Of a stretch of 64,000 nucleotides of DNA, positions 60,746 through 64,000 are shown in pieces. Where the stretch lies: the NCBI GenBank assembly GCA_027251445.1, contig JAPNQO010000079.1, positions 32,001 through 96,000 of the forward strand, in the 5' to 3' direction. The position numbers were made by a program, and so were the translations under genes. Under the pieces are notes generated by a model that saw only the letters and a list, made by a program, of their open reading frames with translations, did not search any database and was not told the DNA's origin. The DNA is from Fidelibacterota bacterium. Its GTDB lineage: Bacteria > Fidelibacterota > Marinisomatia > Marinisomatales > TCS55. Each line of letters opens with the position of its first letter. The stretch's first letter is position 1.

Positions 60746-63072
60746 CTGCTATCTGAAGGGTTATCATCTTCAGGATATTCTATTCTAATATGATATATGC
60801 CTCTTAGTACTGGCAACATGCCAGAATTCCCATCTACAGTCCCTTTTATTTTACGTAAATCGTCGAGTGTCAGTGGACACTCATCTAATTGCCCATCATT
60901 TAGACGCCCTTTAATAACTTTATCTACCATGGTATCAATTTTTAATATATCTGGTTCTTTTATTGATCTAACAGCAGCTTCAACAGCTTCACAAATCATT
61001 AATATACCTGTTTCTTTTGTATTGGGTTTTGGCCCAGGATAGCGATAAGCACTATCATCTACTTTCTCATTAGTATCTTTAGCAGCCTCTAAAGCCATTC
61101 GATAGAAATATTCAACCCTTGATGTACCATGATGCATAGGAATAAAATCACTGACAAGCTTAGGTAATCCATAATCTTTAGCTAGTTTTAATCCATCAAT
61201 TACATGTTTCCTTATTATCTTTGCACTCATTGCAGGAGTTAGAGAATCATGTTTGTTATCACCCATAAACTGATTTTCAATATAATATTCTGGCCGCTCC
61301 ATTTTACCTAAATCATGATAATATGCCCCCACTCTACATAATAAAGATCTTGCATTTATTGCATCAGCGCAAGCTTCTGCTAAATTTCCAACGACAACAC
61401 TATGATTGAAAGTTCCATTAGCTTCTTGTTGTAATCGTTTTAGTAATGGATGATTAAAGTCAAGAAGTTCAATTAAAGATAGATCCGTAGTTATTCCAAA
61501 TGAAACCTCTAGTATAATGATTAAACCATAGGTTATGATTGGAGCAAAAATACTATTTACTAATAGATAAGTTAAATCTACTCCCATTGTGCTAACATTA
61601 TGTCCCATAAAAAGCCCATGGCTTAAAACAGCTATTATACTAGCGCCCATAAGAGAAAAGATTGCAGTAATAAATTTACTCCTAGTCCTTATTCTTCTTA
61701 CTGTATACATAGCTATAGATGACATAAATAAACCAGTAACTATAAATTCTAGATCATTACCAATCATAATCCCTACTAAAAGAACTATTGATGTAGTACC
61801 CATAAATCCTATACGTGCATCAAATAAAATCGTTAATAACATCGCAGCAACAGTAACAGGAATTAAAAACTCAGAAAAATCAAGTTGATAAACAAATATG
61901 TTTGCTATGACAATGATGAATACGTAAATAAAAGCAATCACCAATAATAATTGCCATTTTTCAAAAATATGTGAACGATAGATTAATAAAAAGGTAAAAA
62001 AGTAAGATATTAAAATGCCTATGATTAAAAGACGTCCTATATAAGTTATAATGGAATCTTTTATTCCAAGCGTACGGTTTTCTTTACTTATTTCTACTGC
62101 TAAAGATTGTAGTTTTTGTAAATCCTCTTCCGTTATTCTCTGATTAGCATTTACTATCATTTCATCTTTTAATACAATACCTTTACTCCTTGGCACGCGA
62201 TCTAAGCTAGCATTTTGTCTTCTCTCAGTTGTTTCCTTATCATAGACTAGATTTGGTATCATAAATTCGATAATTAAGTCATAACCTAATTCCCTTCTAA
62301 TATCATTTTCAGCACCATAAATACTAGTTATCTCTTTTTTTGCTTCTGTCCAAGCTTCATTTAGATCATTTAATTCACTTAAATTATACAATGTAGGGAT
62401 ATCACCATTATCGATTGCTAGCTGATCACTTATAATAATTGATTCTTTAATATCCAAGATTCCAATTGCCCATCTATTTCTACATATTTGCAATATGTCT
62501 TCTTGAAATTCTTTTAAAGAAAATTGTGGCCCACCTTGTGGAATAGGCATCAAAAATATATTCCAGTCCTCTTTGTCTTGTGCAAAAGAATACAGCTTAT
62601 AAAATTCTATTACTTTCTGCGATAAAGCTGCGCTATCTGATGATGCAATTGATTTGGCTTCTTGAAATTTATCTGTATATCTATAGTCATAAACTAAATT
62701 TCTTGAGTTAAACAAATCTTTATTTGCTAACCGTATCTCATTAGTAAGTTGAAAAAATGAGGATAAATTAGAAGTTTGATTATCAACAATTTCTTGTTTT
62801 CGACTAAAAATAAAAGGCTCTGCTTTTAAAGCATTATTTAAGTCTTCTTCAAGTGTACTTTTTGACTTTAATATAGGAAAATTATATGGTGCAATTATTG
62901 GTTCACGCGCTATATCATCTATGTTGTAACTATACTGTAAAGACCTTCCTCTTTGAAAAAATAATGAAAGAATAATTGTTAAAGAAATAAGAATACTAAG
63001 CTGTTTAAAATATTTATTTATGAATATTTTGATTTTACTTAGGAAGGATTTTCTATTTTTTCTCATAATCAA
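60742..63072 (-). CDS. 7TM-HD (HDIG) phosphohydrolase, PgpH/YqfF-like
   Basis: Extracytoplasmic domain, 7 TM helices, GTFNHS, YYHDLGK, HHGT, YPGPKP; adjacent to ybeY as in other genomes. Confidence 0.9.
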   Translation of the reverse strand: MIMRKNRKSFLSKIKIFINKYFKQLSILISLTIILSLFFQRGRSLQYSYNIDDIAREPIIAPYNFPILKSKSTLEEDLNNALKAEPFIFSRKQEIVDNQTSNLSSFFQLTNEIRLANKDLFNSRNLVYDYRYTDKFQEAKSIASSDSAALSQKVIEFYKLYSFAQDKEDWNIFLMPIPQGGPQFSLKEFQEDILQICRNRWAIGILDIKESIIISDQLAIDNGDIPTLYNLSELNDLNEAWTEAKKEITSIYGAENDIRRELGYDLIIEFMIPNLVYDKETTERRQNASLDRVPRSKGIVLKDEMIVNANQRITEEDLQKLQSLAVEISKENRTLGIKDSIITYIGRLLIIGILISYFFTFLLIYRSHIFEKWQLLLVIAFIYVFIIVIANIFVYQLDFSEFLIPVTVAAMLLTILFDARIGFMGTTSIVLLVGIMIGNDLEFIVTGLFMSSIAMYTVRRIRTRSKFITAIFSLMGASIIAVLSHGLFMGHNVSTMGVDLTYLLVNSIFAPIITYGLIIILEVSFGITTDLSLIELLDFNHPLLKRLQQEANGTFNHSVVVGNLAEACADAINARSLLCRVGAYYHDLGKMERPEYYIENQFMGDNKHDSLTPAMSAKIIRKHVIDGLKLAKDYGLPKLVSDFIPMHHGTSRVEYFYRMALEAAKDTNEKVDDSAYRYPGPKPNTKETGILMICEAVEAAVRSIKEPDILKIDTMVDKVIKGRLNDGQLDECPLTLDDLRKIKGTVDGNSGMLPVLRGIYHIRIEYPEDDNPSDSR

Positions 63073-63073
63073 A

Positions 63074-64000
63074 TTATATTTTTAAATTTTTTAGGATTTG
63101 TTTTAAAATAATTAAGCGTTGAACTTCACTTGTCCCTTCACCTATCTCAAGAATTTTTGCATCTCTAAAATATCTTTCTACATCATAATCTTTAACGTAT
63201 CCATATCCACCATGGATTTGAATAGACTCCGTCGTAATCTTCATAGCAGCTTCACTTGCAAATAATTTTGCCATTGCTGCTTCTTTTACTATATCATAAC
63301 CTTTATCTTTTTTCCATGCGGCATGAAAGGTTAACATTTTCGCAGCTTCTATTTGAGTTGCCATATCTGACAGTTTAAATCCAACTGATTGAAATTTGTT
63401 AATCTTTTTTCCAAAGGCCTCTCGTTCAGTGGAATATTTTAATGCCTTTTCATAAGATCCTTCAGCTGTCCCAACCGCTAAAGCTGCAATTGAGATCCGA
63501 CCACCTGTTAAAGTATTCAAAAATATTTTAAACCCCTCTCCAGGCTTTGCAATCATATTTGATTCTTTAATATACATATCATGAAAAAATAATTGTCTTG
63601 TATCGCTTGCTCTCCAACCCATTTTTTTTTCTGGTTCCATTATAGTCAAACCTTCCGTATTGGTAGGGATTATAAATGCACCAATTCCTTTATTTTTTCC
63701 ATTTTCAATTACTTGCGCAGTAAAACTTAAGAATCCAGCTACCCCTGCATTTGTGATAAATATTTTACCACCATTAACAATGTAGCCTTTGTCTTTTTTT
63801 TCTGCAGTTGTTTTTGTTGCACCAGCATCACTTCCAGCTTCAGGTTCTGTTAATCCAAATGCTCCAAGGACTTCTCCTGAAGCAAGTTTTGGAACATATT
63901 TCTTTTTTTGCTTCTCTGTGCCAGAAAGAACAATAGGCATTATTCCTAAAGATGTATGTGCTGCAACTGTAATGGCTATGGAGGCATCTGCTTTTGCTAA
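63074..64000 (-). CDS. Acyl-CoA dehydrogenase (5' end outside the window)
   Basis: FGLTEPEAGSD, KIFITN, HGGYGY, IGEGTSEVQR; frame stays open to the window edge (LAKADASIAITVAAHTSLG). Confidence 0.95.
   Translation of the reverse strand, partial: LAKADASIAITVAAHTSLGIMPIVLSGTEKQKKKYVPKLASGEVLGAFGLTEPEAGSDAGATKTTAEKKDKGYIVNGGKIFITNAGVAGFLSFTAQVIENGKNKGIGAFIIPTNTEGLTIMEPEKKMGWRASDTRQLFFHDMYIKESNMIAKPGEGFKIFLNTLTGGRISIAALAVGTAEGSYEKALKYSTEREAFGKKINKFQSVGFKLSDMATQIEAAKMLTFHAAWKKDKGYDIVKEAAMAKLFASEAAMKITTESIQIHGGYGYVKDYDVERYFRDAKILEIGEGTSEVQRLIILKQILKNLKI

Overview
AT-rich (roughly 30% GC by eye), very compact bacterial chromosome segment of mostly housekeeping and envelope genes. Gene content points to an FCB-group organism, plausibly Marinimicrobia/SAR406 (inference): short Bacteroidetes-type RpoD, DUF2723, DUF4835, DUF4159/DUF4175 and FCB-type GlmM. 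From left to right: (1) a HEAT-repeat lipoprotein and a secreted protein, three tandem bactofilins and a PilM/GspL-like actin-fold membrane protein; (2) a long minus-strand run of cca, a Yip1/TolC/MFP/MacB-type ABC exporter, kdsB-pyrG-kdsC-lptC-lptB-rpoN, hflKC and argF; (3) DUF4835; (4) a second minus-strand run of envC, a frameshifted holB, metG, tatD, rsmA, sigma70, rpsU, glmM-like mutase, deoC, an ALDH pair, rlmD, a K+ channel with a cNMP-binding protein, valS, DUF4139, recG, a methyltransferase, DUF1844, DUF2723 and GT2; (5) a cNMP-binding protein with an AI-2E transporter; (6) a barrel-TPR-BamE-like protein; (7) a DUF4159/DUF4175/TPR/GATase-like/yjbQ operon; (8) mazG, ybeY, a 7TM-HD phosphodiesterase and a truncated acyl-CoA dehydrogenase. 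I saw no rRNA, tRNA, CRISPR array or mobile element. The best candidate for an undescribed system is the bactofilin triplet. It resembles Myxococcus BacN-BacO-BacP in order and terminal motifs, but is followed by a PilM-like membrane protein instead of padC. All family calls come from motif recognition, not database searches.
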